Shown: in pieces, positions 33,101 through 42,640 of the stretch | How the letters are laid out: the number at the start of each line of letters is the position of its first letter | How positions within the stretch are numbered: position 1 is the first letter of the stretch | Assembly (NCBI GenBank): GCA_963815455.1 | Contig: CAWFGO010000002.1 | Location: 32,001-96,000, forward strand | Reading direction: 5' to 3' | Source of the DNA: an uncultured Verrucomicrobiae bacterium | GTDB lineage: Bacteria; Verrucomicrobiota; Verrucomicrobiia; Chthoniobacterales; UBA10450 | Length of the DNA: 64,000 bases | Notes under the pieces: model-generated | What the model saw: only the letters and a program-made list of their open reading frames with translations | Database searches by the model: none | What the model was told of the DNA's origin: nothing | Translations under genes and position numbers: made by a program

Positions 33101-34006
33101 AATGTCCTTGAGCGCTTCTTCCTGATCGTGCGCCGGATCTTTCCGGAGCGCTTTCACCACGGTGTCGTCATTCGAGATATCGATGACTTTCACTTCCTTG
33201 ATCTTGAGCGCCATGATCTCGCGGACCGTCGCCAGCGTGAGCGGCTCGAATGCGCGCGCAACCGTGACTTCCCCGTCCATGATTTCGGCCGTGAGCACCT
33301 TGGTGGCGAGCTTCTCTTCGTCGAGCTTCTCGCTTAGCTTGAGGGTCTCGATGTTATAGAAAAGCTTGATGACTTCTTCGTCCGTTCCGTATCCGAGCGC
33401 CCGGAGAAAAGTCGTGGCCAGGAATTTCCGGCGGCGTTTGCGACGATCGAGATAGATATACAGCAGATCGGCGGTATCGAATTGCACCTCGATCCACGAC
33501 CCGCGATCCGGAATGATGCGGAAACTGTAGAGTACCTTGCCGTTGACGTGGATGGTCGATTCAAACGCGATACCCGGCGATCGATGCAACTGGCTCACCA
33601 CCACGCGCTCCGCGCCATTGATGACGAACGTGCCCTGTGCCGTCATGAGCGGGATTTCGCCCATGTAAACTTTCTCTTCCTTCGTCCCCTTTTCTTCACG
33701 GAGCTGGAACGTCACATGCAACGGCGCGCTGTAAGTCTGGCCCTCCCGCTGCGCCTCGAGCGCACTCAATTTCGGCTCGCCGATCTCGTAATGGCTGAAA
33801 TCGAGCACCGCTTTTTCATCGTAGCTCTCAATCGGAAAAACCTCCTTGAAAACAGCCTGCAATCCCTGGTTCTTCCGTTTGGAAAACGGGACGTCTTTTT
33901 GGAGAAAATCGACGTAAGAATTGAGCTGAACTTCGATCAAGTTCGGCGGCTCGATGGCTTCTTTGATTGTTCCGAAGTGAATCCGTTCCGAGTTTCTTTC
34001 CGACAT
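30197..34006 (-). CDS. rpoB: RNA polymerase beta subunit
   Basis: [31 protein letters not shown]. Confidence 0.99.
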   Translation of the reverse strand: MSERNSERIHFGTIKEAIEPPNLIEVQLNSYVDFLQKDVPFSKRKNQGLQAVFKEVFPIESYDEKAVLDFSHYEIGEPKLSALEAQREGQTYSAPLHVTFQLREEKGTKEEKVYMGEIPLMTAQGTFVINGAERVVVSQLHRSPGIAFESTIHVNGKVLYSFRIIPDRGSWIEVQFDTADLLYIYLDRRKRRRKFLATTFLRALGYGTDEEVIKLFYNIETLKLSEKLDEEKLATKVLTAEIMDGEVTVARAFEPLTLATVREIMALKIKEVKVIDISNDDTVVKALRKDPAHDQEEALKDIYRKLRPGDPPTVANARALLKRLFFDSKKYDLGRVGRYKINQKLSIDVDLGERILTDKDFIGAIKYLVNLRRGEGTLDDIDHLGSRRVRTVGELLANQCRVGLARTERLVKERMTLFDINVDGMTPQKLINPKALSAVIRDFFGRSQLSQFMDQTNPLAELTHKRRLSALGPGGLSRDRAGFEVRDVHPSHYGRICPIETPEGPNIGLISSMSTFARINEFGFIETPYQKVHNGRVTDEIDYLTGDREENYLVAQANAPIDGRRHFTGEKVSVRYRGDFLEVEPSKVHYMDVSPKQLVSVAAGLVPFLEHDDANRALMGSNMQRQGVPLIVSEAPLVGTGLEAKVARDSHAVLLSTESGKVASVTADQIVVTKDGHMPEGKRKLKTDLEEGIHVYELRKFMRSNAGTCINQKPIVHKGQHVKKGQVIADGPNTDQGELALGRNVLVAFMPWNGYNFEDAIMISEKVVKEDIYTSIHIDEFEIGARDTKLGPEEITRDIPNVSEEALRNLGSDGVVRVGAEVKPGDILVGKITPKSETELAPEERLLRAIFGEKAADVKDTSLTVPSGTYGIVMDVKVSSRREVAREKLTPTETKRQLKSIAEENKRKKEELTEQLTDALSNILLGEKIPLDVVNAETGEIIIPANRKITKTLLRKLANVYDHIEIDPSPIRNKIREIIASYEHKFAELELERERAMDRVESGDDIDPGIIKQVKVYIASKRKLSVGDKMAGRHGNKGVVARIVPEEDMPFLADGTPVEIVLNPLGVPSRMNVGQVLETHLGVAAKALGFKVATPVFDGIKEEKIRSYLKEARKKEGFAWVQETGKARLFDGRTGDAFDQEVVVGYIYMMKLGHLVADKIHARAVGPYSLVTQQPLGGKAQYGGQRFGEMEVWAMEAYGAAYTLQELLTVKSDDVQGRTRIYESIVKGDNSLEAGTPESFNVLIKEMQSLGLDVKVGSQAPSAFLENVA

Positions 34007-34326
34007 AATCACTAGATCAAGGGTTACAAACCCATGCCGGCCACAATAAATGGCGGCCGACGCAGGTAAGGTGTTTCAGGGGGTCAGGGACGCGCGAAGA
34101 GCGCAAAAATGGCAGCAAAACAGCAGGCTGTCAAATCGACCGCCTCCGTTCTGTTGCCAATCTTGTATTCTGCCCTTGGACGCCGGGTTAGCAATACTTC
34201 TAACAGAGTCTGACGGTAAAGGAAATTAGCCCCAACGCAAGCAAAAAAACTCCCATCGCTGGGGTACAAAACAAACGTGAAGACTCCGACGAATCAGAGT
34301 CTCCACGCTGAAAAAAGAAATTGTTA

Positions 34327-34710
34327 TTATTTGATCTCGACCTTGGCTCCGGCCGCTTCGATCTTTTTCTTGATCTCGTCGGCTTCGGCTTTGGTCACGC
34401 CTTCCTTGATCGGTTTGGGCGCACTTTCCACCAATGCTTTCGCTTCGGCTAATCCAAGTCCGGGCACCGCGCTGCGAACTTCCTTGATCACACCGATCTT
34501 GTTCGAGCCAGTTTCCTTCAGGATGACGTCGAAGGTGGTTTTCTCCTCAGCCGCGGGAGCTGCTGCGCCCCCGACACCAGTCGGGGCTGCCGCCGCTACC
34601 GGAGCCGCTGCGCTCACGCCCCATTTTTCTTCGAGTTCTTTTACCAATCCAGCAATCTCAAGCACGGACATGCCGCTGAGTTGCTCCACCATTTTAGCTG
34701 TATCTGCCAT
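34327..34710 (-). CDS. rplL: 50S ribosomal protein L7/L12
   Basis: [32 protein letters not shown]. Confidence 0.98.
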   Translation of the reverse strand: MADTAKMVEQLSGMSVLEIAGLVKELEEKWGVSAAAPVAAAAPTGVGGAAAPAAEEKTTFDVILKETGSNKIGVIKEVRSAVPGLGLAEAKALVESAPKPIKEGVTKAEADEIKKKIEAAGAKVEIK

Positions 34711-34839
34711 TTTATTTTCCTCCAATTGCCGCCGGCGAAAGCCTCCGCCGATTTAACCCCGAAAGCCTTCGGGGCGGACAGTTTTAGTTTCGTTGCTCGC
34801 CCAGCACTTTGACTAGCAAAGGGCTGAGCGAAATTCCTT

Positions 34840-35538
34840 CTATCCGCCGTCCTCCGGGTTTGATTTTTCTTCAACCGGAGTTTCCGCGGACGCGACTGGC
34901 GTTGCTTCGGAGACCGGTGTTTCCGCGGCTGCTGCCGGAGCCGGCGATTCCACGGGTGCTTCCGCTGCCGGTGCCTCTGCTTTCGGCGCTGGTTCTGCCG
35001 GAGCTGGAGCCGGCGCCGGCTTTTCCGCTGGCATTGATCTTTCTCTCGCGCCCATTAATCGGGCAAAAGCCGAGGCGGGTTCGTTCAGTACCCGCACCAG
35101 GCGAGTCGCCGGCGCCATGAGCAATCCAAGCAATTGTGAAAGCAACACTTCGCGCGACGGCAGGTCGGCCAGTGTTTCCAATTCGGCAGTCGACATCACC
35201 GCCCGATCGACTAGCCCAATCTTGAGCGCGGCAACCTTAAATTCAGTCGCAAACGTCTTTAACACTTTCGCCACCGGCGCGACATCTTTCTCGCCCGTCA
35301 CGACAGCCGTCTGACCGATCAATTTCTCACTCACGTCCGGGAAACCGGAATCGGTCATGGCCCGCTTCAGGAAATTGTTTTTGACCACGTGGACTTCCGC
35401 GCCCGCAGGGGCGAGCCGGTTCCGCAGTTCGCCAAAATCCCCAACTTTCATGCGCTGGTAATCGGCCACCAGCACAAACGGCGAGCGCTTCAGTTTCTCG
35501 GACAACTCCGAAACGATGCTGGCTTTTTCCGGCCTCAT
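34840..35538 (-). CDS. rplJ: 50S ribosomal protein L10 with Ala/Pro/Glu-rich C-terminal extension
   Basis: VVKNNFL, LADLPSREVLLSQL; position between rplA and rplL. Confidence 0.95.
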   Translation of the reverse strand: MRPEKASIVSELSEKLKRSPFVLVADYQRMKVGDFGELRNRLAPAGAEVHVVKNNFLKRAMTDSGFPDVSEKLIGQTAVVTGEKDVAPVAKVLKTFATEFKVAALKIGLVDRAVMSTAELETLADLPSREVLLSQLLGLLMAPATRLVRVLNEPASAFARLMGARERSMPAEKPAPAPAPAEPAPKAEAPAAEAPVESPAPAAAAETPVSEATPVASAETPVEEKSNPEDGG

Positions 35539-35546
35539 GTTGTGAT

Positions 35547-35613
35547 GTAGCATCGGCATCCTGCCGATGGTCCGAGCCGGACTGGCGATTCATGGGCTGG
35601 AAGCCCATGCCAC
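35547..35613. repeat. REP-like doublet just upstream of rplJ
   Basis: gtagcatcggcatcctgccgatg ... catgggctggaagcccatgccac; two inverted palindromes. Confidence 0.65.
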
Positions 35614-35651
35614 TTATTAGCTTTCTCTGATCGCATATAAATTCCTGGTTA

Positions 35652-36359
35652 TTATGCCCCGACGCTCAAATACGGCGACGGATCGACGTGAACGCCGGGC
35701 GACATGGTCGCACTAACCGTCACGCTTTCAAGGTAGCGCCCTTTCGCCGTCGCCGGACGGGCCCGCACCACCGCTTCGATCACAGCGTTGCCGTTTTCCA
35801 CGAGCGCATTTTGTTCAAATGAAAATTTCCCCACCGGCACGGCGACATTGCCATTCTTATCGAGCTTGAACTCGACCCGCCCGGCTTTTACTTCCTGCAC
35901 CGCTTTCGCCGTGTCTTCGGTCACGGTTCCGGTCTTCGGGTTCGGCATCAGTCCGCGAGGGCCGAGCACTTTTCCGAGCTTGCGCACTTCGGCCATCGCC
36001 GTAGGCGTCGCCACCGCCACATCGAAATCCTGAAAACCATCCTGAACTTTCTTAATCAGATCCTCGAACCCGACATGTTCCGCGCCGGCATCCTTCGCCG
36101 CTTGCGCGGCCGCACCCTGGGCAAAAACCAGCACTCGCACCGTTTTCCCGCTGCCGTGCGGAAGCGGACACGTCCCCCGCACCATTTGATCGGATTGTTT
36201 GGGATCGACACTGAGCCGGAACGAAACCGTCACGGTCTGATCGAACTTCGTCGGCGGAAATTTCTTCAACGTCGCGACGGCGTCGCTGAGGTTATAAGAC
36301 TTGGTCCGGTCCACCTGTTCGGCGGCGGCGCGATATCTTTTCGAACGATTGTTTTGCAT
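35652..36359 (-). CDS. rplA: 50S ribosomal protein L1
   Basis: DQMVRG..LPHGSGK, LGPRGLMPNPKTGTVT. Confidence 0.98.
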   Translation of the reverse strand: MQNNRSKRYRAAAEQVDRTKSYNLSDAVATLKKFPPTKFDQTVTVSFRLSVDPKQSDQMVRGTCPLPHGSGKTVRVLVFAQGAAAQAAKDAGAEHVGFEDLIKKVQDGFQDFDVAVATPTAMAEVRKLGKVLGPRGLMPNPKTGTVTEDTAKAVQEVKAGRVEFKLDKNGNVAVPVGKFSFEQNALVENGNAVIEAVVRARPATAKGRYLESVTVSATMSPGVHVDPSPYLSVGA

Positions 36360-36367
36360 GGCTTTGT

Positions 36368-36396
36368 GCAGTGCGAACGAGCGGAGACTCTCCTGC
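36368..36396 (-). promoter_or_regulatory. Putative L1-binding autoregulatory RNA
   Basis: GCAGGAG-AGTCT-CCGC-TCGTTCGC-ACTGC just before the rplA ATG resembles the GNGGGAG...CCG...ACCAC L1 leader pattern. Confidence 0.45.
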
Positions 36397-36440
36397 GGTA
36401 AGTCGGGACGCGCACAATAAAGCAAAGCCACCGGCTGTCA

Positions 36441-36565
36441 AACCACGAATTAACACCAATAAACACGAATCAGGGAGGATCGCTGTAGCTTCGGCTGTCC
36501 CCGGCCTCTACAGCCGTTCCCGCCGTCCCTCCGCCCGATTCGTGCCTATTCGTGCAATTCGTGTC
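36441..36565. repeat. Inverted pair of 9-mer arrays enclosing a TGTAG...CTACA palindrome
   Basis: aaccacgaattaacaccaataaacacgaat ... attcgtgcctattcgtgcaattcgtgtc. Confidence 0.65.
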
Positions 36566-36620
36566 TCAACCTCGTTTTTGCCTTGCAAAATTTCCCATGA
36601 TCCTGGTAAAAACAGTGATT

Positions 36621-37493
36621 ATGAAACGCCCCACCGTTTATAAACTGTCGATCCTCGCCGTTATCCTGTTTGGCTTGGCCAATCTAACCTCCGCCCGCCC
36701 GATCGAGTTCAGTGAGCTTTCGCTCCTGGTTCGCGCCCGCGAGAGCGAGAACTCAATCAAGAACGACGTTGCCGAGCGCAAATTGATGCATGCGCTGACG
36801 CCGCAACAGGAGAGCAAATTGAAAGCCGAAGGGGCAAGCGATTCGCTGATAAATTCTTTGCGTAATCCAAACCAGATCGTGTCGAAAGATGAAGCGGCTG
36901 CCTTCGAGAGCGCAAGCGCGCAAAAAGCGAAAGCCGCTCCGGCAGGCAGCGTAGGATCGACAACTGGCCGCGCCGAGCAGGGAAAATTATACGTTTTCGA
37001 TGTCGCGCTGGGGCATCCAATCAATCTCAGCCAATGGGGTGGCTATGATTACGAGCTGGCGTTCTATTCCTACCGTTGCGCCGGTGAAGACATTGTCGAG
37101 CCGGTTCTCATCGATCCGGTTCGGACAATCTCTGTGGTCAGCCGAGTTATTCCTACCCAGGGTTCGAGCGAGGATGAAACGTTCGCGGACAATGGTTTCA
37201 CTCGCGATTGGTATCGCCGTCAGCGTTTCATGGCCACCGATAATGATGGCCACCGATTCACGCCCTACGATGCCCGGCGCGATTTGAAGGACGATCGCTT
37301 CAACTTCAGCGACACCGTCGCGGCGAGTTCGTACTCGGCTTCCCGTCCATTAGCCATCGATTGGAGCAGTCCGGTCACAATTGAAGGCGTCCCTTATGCG
37401 CTGTATCCCGTTTACGGCGCCGGCGGTGTCTCGCTTTACTACATCGGCGGTTCGAGCACTTCGGTTAGGCTGGCAGTCAGCACCAACCGATAG
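36621..37493 (+). CDS. Exported hypothetical protein
   Basis: Signal peptide; long ORF. Confidence 0.7.
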   Translation: MKRPTVYKLSILAVILFGLANLTSARPIEFSELSLLVRARESENSIKNDVAERKLMHALTPQQESKLKAEGASDSLINSLRNPNQIVSKDEAAAFESASAQKAKAAPAGSVGSTTGRAEQGKLYVFDVALGHPINLSQWGGYDYELAFYSYRCAGEDIVEPVLIDPVRTISVVSRVIPTQGSSEDETFADNGFTRDWYRRQRFMATDNDGHRFTPYDARRDLKDDRFNFSDTVAASSYSASRPLAIDWSSPVTIEGVPYALYPVYGAGGVSLYYIGGSSTSVRLAVSTNR

Positions 37494-37496
37494 AGC

Positions 37497-38864
37497 TCAA
37501 TCAACCGGGATCTCAGCAGCGGAAACGTCCGTTGAAACGGTCGGCCCCGGGGTAGCCGGGCCGTTCCGGATGATCTTTCCCTCCTTCATCACGAACGAGA
37601 CGCGTTCGGTCGCGGTGATGTCGGAAGTCGGATCGCCGGGCATGGCCACGATGTCGGCCAGTTTTCCTTTCTCCAACGTGCCAACTTTCTGCGCGATGCC
37701 GAAAAGTTCGGCGTCGGTTGCCGTTGCAGCTTTCAACGCATCGATCGGCGCCATCCCGAGATCGACCATGAGTTTGAATTCCTTGGCGTTCTGGCCGTGC
37801 GGGAAAACGGCGGCATCCGTTCCGAAGGAAATTTTAACTCCGATTTTCACTGCGTTCCGAAACATTTCTGTGCGCGCCGCCGTCGCCGCTTTCGCTTTGT
37901 CTTGGAGCGGCTTGGGATAATTGCCGATCTTTTGCATGATCCATTCCGACGCCATCAACGTGGGCGTGAGATAAGTTCCTTTCGCTTTCATCTTGGCTAA
38001 CGTATCAGGTTTTAAGAACGAACCGTGCTCGATCGAATCGACCCCGGCGTCGATCGCTTCGCGGGCGGCTTGATCGCCATGGCAATGCACTGCCACTTTC
38101 TTGCGCAAGCGGTGCGATTCATCCACCAGGGCTGCCATTTCTGCCGGCGTCAATTGCGGTGTGTCCACTTCATCGGCTAACGAAAGAACTCCGCCGGAGA
38201 CCGCAGCTTTGATCACATCCGCGCCATTTTTCACTTCGAACCGCACCGCTTTTCGAACGTCATCCGGACTATCGACAATGCCATCGGTGTAATCCGGTTC
38301 GCGCCCAAAAAGAAAATCGCGAAACCCGCTGGTGGGATCGAAATGGCCACCCGTGGCGCCGATTCCCTTCGTCGCCACGAGCATTCTCGGACCGACAATC
38401 ACGCCTTTATTGATCGAATTGCGCAATGCAACATCGACAAACTCGCGGCTGCCAACGAACCGGCTGCCGAGATCGCGCACTGTTGTGAATCCCGCTTCGA
38501 CTGTCGCGCGCGCGTAAGTCGTCGCTTTGATCGCCTGCTCGGCCACGTTGAGATCGAGCTCGTGGAGCCGCCGAACGTTGTAGTCGCCGGAAAAATCCAA
38601 TGTCAGATGCGAATGAGCGTCCATGAATCCCGGCGAGAGCGTGGCATCGCCGAGATCGATAACTTTCGCGGCGTCCGGCACGGCCAGGTTACTGGCAACA
38701 TCGACAATCTTGTCGCCTTGCACGATCACGACAGCGCTCTGTAAAAGCGTCTTGGATTTCCCGTCGAACATGCGGGCCGCTTTGAGGGCAACGACTTGAT
38801 CGGCTGCACGCGCCGAAACTACCAGACACAAGCAAGCGACAAAAATTTGGGAAAGAATCTTCAT
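37497..38864 (-). CDS. Secreted metal-dependent amidohydrolase
   Basis: PGFMDAHSH, GADVIK, HCHG, IEHG, FGTDA. Confidence 0.93.
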   Translation of the reverse strand: MKILSQIFVACLCLVVSARAADQVVALKAARMFDGKSKTLLQSAVVIVQGDKIVDVASNLAVPDAAKVIDLGDATLSPGFMDAHSHLTLDFSGDYNVRRLHELDLNVAEQAIKATTYARATVEAGFTTVRDLGSRFVGSREFVDVALRNSINKGVIVGPRMLVATKGIGATGGHFDPTSGFRDFLFGREPDYTDGIVDSPDDVRKAVRFEVKNGADVIKAAVSGGVLSLADEVDTPQLTPAEMAALVDESHRLRKKVAVHCHGDQAAREAIDAGVDSIEHGSFLKPDTLAKMKAKGTYLTPTLMASEWIMQKIGNYPKPLQDKAKAATAARTEMFRNAVKIGVKISFGTDAAVFPHGQNAKEFKLMVDLGMAPIDALKAATATDAELFGIAQKVGTLEKGKLADIVAMPGDPTSDITATERVSFVMKEGKIIRNGPATPGPTVSTDVSAAEIPVD

Positions 38865-38938
38865 TGTGCCGGTTTAGAAGTAATCGCTGTGCCTGGCAAG
38901 AAAGGAAACCACCTGGAGGGCGCCGCCGTTCCCCGAAA

Positions 38939-39052
38939 AAGCGATGCGGAGACGCATCGCACTCCTCAAGCTTCGCGAAATGTTACGCACGCTTCCATTA
39001 TTTTCGCGCGCGCATGCGCGCTTTCGGAGTGCGGGGCGTCCTCGCACCGCTT
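38939..39052. repeat. REP-like inverted doublet (GGAGTGCG family)
   Basis: aagcgatgcggagacgcatcgcactcc ... ggagtgcggggcgtcctcgcaccgctt. Confidence 0.55.
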
Positions 39053-39056
39053 AATC

Positions 39057-40046
39057 TCAATCCCTCGTCAGTGGCCCCATTTTCACCACTTCCAAGTCGC
39101 TCCCTTTCACACGCTTGATCGCGCCCAAGGCCTCGTCGTCCCAGCGATCGTCGGGCGCGCCCGAGATGAACCAGTCGCCGCCGTTGTCGGCCAGGATCAT
39201 GCCGTAGATTTTAAGACAACGCAGAATCACCTGCGCGGCTTCGGGAAATTTGGAGATGTCGTAATCCGCCTTCAATCGCACCCGTAATCCCATCGGCGGC
39301 AGCGATGAGTCTTTGCTTTCGCTGGCATAATGCGATGCGGGCGGCACGTAGGCTCGCTGCGTTTTCTGCACCGTGAATCGCAGCGCGTGGCGAATCTCTT
39401 TTTGCTCCATCACTTCGTCGTAGCGCGCCAGGCCGGGGAAAATCGGCAGACCAGCGGCATCGGCGCTGGTCCAACCGGCCGGACGCGACTTATTGCTCTT
39501 CAAATCGAAAACCGCGCCCGCACCGGCGCGCCACGCCTTACCGTCGGGAGAAGCCGAAAAGATTTCGTAAAGCTTTTCGTTGTCGCGGTCGAGCACCAGA
39601 ACATGGCGGTCGCCATCGGCGTCGGCCTTCGGGCCGCCTTCGATCGGCGCATCAGGCGGAATCGGGTATGGGCCGGGATCGCTTTCGTCGGCGTATTCAA
39701 AAGTGAGCGAGACTTTCGGCTGCGTGCCCGCGACGACGACATACGGAATACCGAGCGGCGCGCCCTCATAAGGCGCCCCGAAATCCGGGTGCAGCGGTTT
39801 GTCGGCGCCGATGCTTTTGATGAACGCCGACGATTTGGCGTCCACCGGCAATTTATCAACCGGCGTGTTCCACGGATTATCGTCGGGAAACGGGCGATAG
39901 CCGCGCAAACTCGTGTTGGGACCGAGATGGCGTTGTTCCTTGGCGGGCGATCCCGCAACCAAAACATCATCGCCGCAGACCGAAGCCAACAACAATCCAG
40001 CAAGGCCCAGTGACAGAATCCGATAATTAGCGTTCGAGGCAGGCAT
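39057..40046 (-). CDS. Conserved secreted hypothetical protein
   Basis: Signal peptide; PFPDDNPWN, GDRHVLVLD, GWTSADAAGLPIFPGL. Confidence 0.75.
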   Translation of the reverse strand: MPASNANYRILSLGLAGLLLASVCGDDVLVAGSPAKEQRHLGPNTSLRGYRPFPDDNPWNTPVDKLPVDAKSSAFIKSIGADKPLHPDFGAPYEGAPLGIPYVVVAGTQPKVSLTFEYADESDPGPYPIPPDAPIEGGPKADADGDRHVLVLDRDNEKLYEIFSASPDGKAWRAGAGAVFDLKSNKSRPAGWTSADAAGLPIFPGLARYDEVMEQKEIRHALRFTVQKTQRAYVPPASHYASESKDSSLPPMGLRVRLKADYDISKFPEAAQVILRCLKIYGMILADNGGDWFISGAPDDRWDDEALGAIKRVKGSDLEVVKMGPLTRD

Positions 40047-40052
40047 GGGAAC

Positions 40053-40904
40053 TTATTGTCTGGATATCACAACCGCCTTGGCCAGTTGCTCGCCCGCATC
40101 AGTCAAAAAAAAGAGATAGTTTTTGCCTCGCTCCACCGTCACACGGCGCGTCCCTTTCCCGTCCTCAGCCACGCGCTTTTCTTCCCCCTGCGAGCCCTCC
40201 TTCATCCAGACTTTTGCATCCGGATGGTCCGGCCCGCCGTCCCAAGTCAGCGTGACCGTACCCTCAGATTGCCCATCGGGAATGTTAACGACTGTGGGAT
40301 GGGCCGAGATGGTAGGAGAAGCCGTCGAAGACTGCGTTTTCGGCATTTTGCCGCTGCTCTTAATAGGCGGTGTGGCGGTAGGCGGTTCAACAGGCGCCGC
40401 ATCCGCGCACTCCATGTGCGTTTCGCTGTACCAATTTACCTTTATCGAAGGCGTTGCTTGGTTGTAACCGGTGCCCTCAATCCTGCCGGAAGGCCCGATC
40501 GTGCCGTTATAAACGCCAGTGGTGTTGTTGTTCCAATGAATGATCACGTCGAAGTGATCGTCTTTCATGGTGCCGTCGACAGTGCCGCGGACGTTCGCTT
40601 TGCCTTCGATGCCGGGGCCGCCATCTTTTGGTGTCACATCTATTCTATGATTTGCCTTCCCCGTAATCACAGTTCCGTTCTGGTCCAGCTCGAGGTCCAC
40701 ATTGGTTGAGCCTTGTTTAAACCGCCACCCGTGGCCGACGTTCCATTGAGAACACTGAGCTTCCACGGGCGGAGCCGAAAACGCGAAAATGGATGTGAAC
40801 AAAAATCCACCAAGCGCTAGAGCAAACCACCTGCGACGGATTAGTGCCTTGTCGCCGCTTTGGATCACCGGCGGTGACAGAATTGAATGATGTTTTGTTT
40901 TCAT
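40053..40904 (-). CDS. Array unit 1: secreted protein, module A + PIKSSGKMPK linker + module B
   Basis: MKTKHHSILSPP...WFALALGG..AQCSQW...MECAD; PTVVNIPDGQ..GT.TLTWDGG.DHP. Confidence 0.8.
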   Translation of the reverse strand: MKTKHHSILSPPVIQSGDKALIRRRWFALALGGFLFTSIFAFSAPPVEAQCSQWNVGHGWRFKQGSTNVDLELDQNGTVITGKANHRIDVTPKDGGPGIEGKANVRGTVDGTMKDDHFDVIIHWNNNTTGVYNGTIGPSGRIEGTGYNQATPSIKVNWYSETHMECADAAPVEPPTATPPIKSSGKMPKTQSSTASPTISAHPTVVNIPDGQSEGTVTLTWDGGPDHPDAKVWMKEGSQGEEKRVAEDGKGTRRVTVERGKNYLFFLTDAGEQLAKAVVISRQ

Positions 40905-40950
40905 ATGGTTTGGGTTCTGAAACGTTTTCGTCGATCTAATCGTTGCCTTG
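40893..40950 (-). repeat. Array junction repeat J1 (31-bp spacer)
   Basis: CAAGGCAACGAT TAG ATCGACGAAAACGTTTCAGAACCCAAACCAT ATGAAAACAAAA. Confidence 0.85.
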
Positions 40951-41978
40951 GTTCTCATCATCGTCGTGATGATGACGGTTCTTATGCTTTTTAGGCTGGT
41001 CTTCCGTGTCGCTCGATGAAGATTCGTCCGCTTCTGGATGCCGGAGCCTAGACCCTCGGGGCCCTTGGGCCGACGAGTTCTCCGCTCTGACAGTAACAGA
41101 GGCCAGGCGCTCCTCGGAGTCGGTCAGAGTAAAGGTATTTTCCCCTGGCTTTATCGGCACCAATTGTGAACCTTTGCTTCTCAGCGGAGCGACGGACTCG
41201 TCGTCGTTGTTTACCTTAATCCTCACTTGGGCGTTCGGGTGGCCGCTTCCTGCATCCCAAGTCAGACGAGTGGATCCGCTGTTTTGCCCGTCGGGAATGT
41301 TAACGACTGTGGGATTGGCCGAGATGGTAGGAGAAGCCGTCGAAGACTGCGTTTTCGGCATTTTGCCGCTGCTCTTAATTGGCGGCGTGGGCTTCGGCAT
41401 CTTGCCGCTGGACTTAATCGGTGTGGCGGTAGGCGGTCCAACAGGCGCCGCAGCCGCGCAATCAAAATGGTGTCGAGGTAAACCATTTTACGGTTTATCG
41501 AACGGCATTCTTGGTTGTAAGCCGTTCCCTGGATGCCGGAAGCTGCCTCGACCTATTGCGCCGTTATAAACGCCAGTGGTGTTGTTAGCCCAATTAATAT
41601 TACGTTGAAACTGTCGCCTTCACGGTGCCGTTGACTCGACCCTGAACGTACGCTTTTTCGCCGAACATCGCCCTTCCCGTAGTCTAGGTATTCCAAATTA
41701 TATTATGGGTCGCAGTCCATTGACTATTTTGCCATTCTGGTGCAGAGTTCGAATCGAAATGATTGCGCCTTTACCCGAGCCTTGTTTGGACCGCCACCTG
41801 GCCGACATCTATTGCTGACAACTGGCTTCCGCGGAAGAAGCCAACAGCGCGAAAATGGATGTGAACAAGAATCCACCAAGCCCGAGGGCAAACCACCTGG
41901 GACAGATCGAATTGTTTCGATTTTGGTCGCCGCTTTGGGTCACCGGCGCTGACAGAATTAATGATGTTTTGTTTTCAT
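40936..41978 (-). pseudogene. Array unit 2 (A + linker x2 + B + QGND tail), multiple frameshifts
   Basis: Close paralog of unit 1 with single-base deletions in the 5' half; 3' ORF 40936..41400 is intact. Confidence 0.75.
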
Positions 41979-42040
41979 ATGTTTTGGGTTCTGAGATTTT
42001 TTCTCGACTCAAGATGTCGATCTAATCGTTACCCCTGGTC
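41967..42040 (-). repeat. Array junction repeat J2 (43-bp spacer)
   Basis: AACGAT TAG ATCGACATCTTGAGTCGAGAAAAAATCTCAGAACCCAAAACAT ATGAAAACAAAA. Confidence 0.9.
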
Positions 42041-42579
42041 CTGATCGTCGTGGTCGTGCTGATGGGTCTTTTCCACTGGGATGCGGCCGCCGAAGGGTCG
42101 TCCCCGCAGGACATTCTCTTGCTGCCGACCCAGTTTACCCCTTGGGAGGTAGTACCCTCGATTTTGCCACCAGGGCCGACGCTACCCGTAAAGCGGTATT
42201 GCGTCGTACCTATCGTGAGTTACAGAGTGAAGGAATTTATCTGTGATGTTTCCACTTATTATACCGTCCTGTGCTTGTTCGAGGCAGGCGGCAATATGAG
42301 TGCCGTTCCAGTAAGATTCGCGCTCGTCTGTCCCCAGTTCGCCCTGCTGCAGGTTGACGGACACATTCATCCCATTGCCATTTGAATACCCAGTTGTCCG
42401 CTGACATTCCAACGCTTGCACTGCGCTTGCGCTGGAGAAGGCAATAAGGCGCAGACTGAGATGAACAAGATTCCGGGAAGTCCCAATGCAAATAACCTGC
42501 GAGGGACAGTATTGTTTAGGGTTTTGCCGCCGCTGTACCCTGACCGCGCTGACATGATTGACTGAATTTTTGTTTTCAT
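42022..42579 (-). pseudogene. Array unit 3 (A + tail), frameshifted paralog of unit 6
   Basis: MKTKIQS...ISVCALLPSPAQAQCKRWNVSGQ; WVGSKRMSCGD; HQHDHDDQDQG(N)D. Confidence 0.75.
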
Positions 42580-42640
42580 ATGTTTTAGTTCTGAGAGGTT
42601 TCTTCGGCTCAAAGATGTCGATCTAATCGTTGCCCTGGTC
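42568..42640 (-). repeat. Array junction repeat J3 (43-bp spacer)
   Basis: CAGGGCAACGAT TAG ATCGACATCTTTGAGCCGAAGAAACCTCTCAGAACTAAAACAT ATGAAAACAAAA. Confidence 0.9.

Noticed and set aside
25987..34015. Long plus-strand ORFs opposite rpoB/rpoC (e.g. 26941..28467)
   Set aside because: Antisense shadows caused by codon bias in GC-rich conserved genes.
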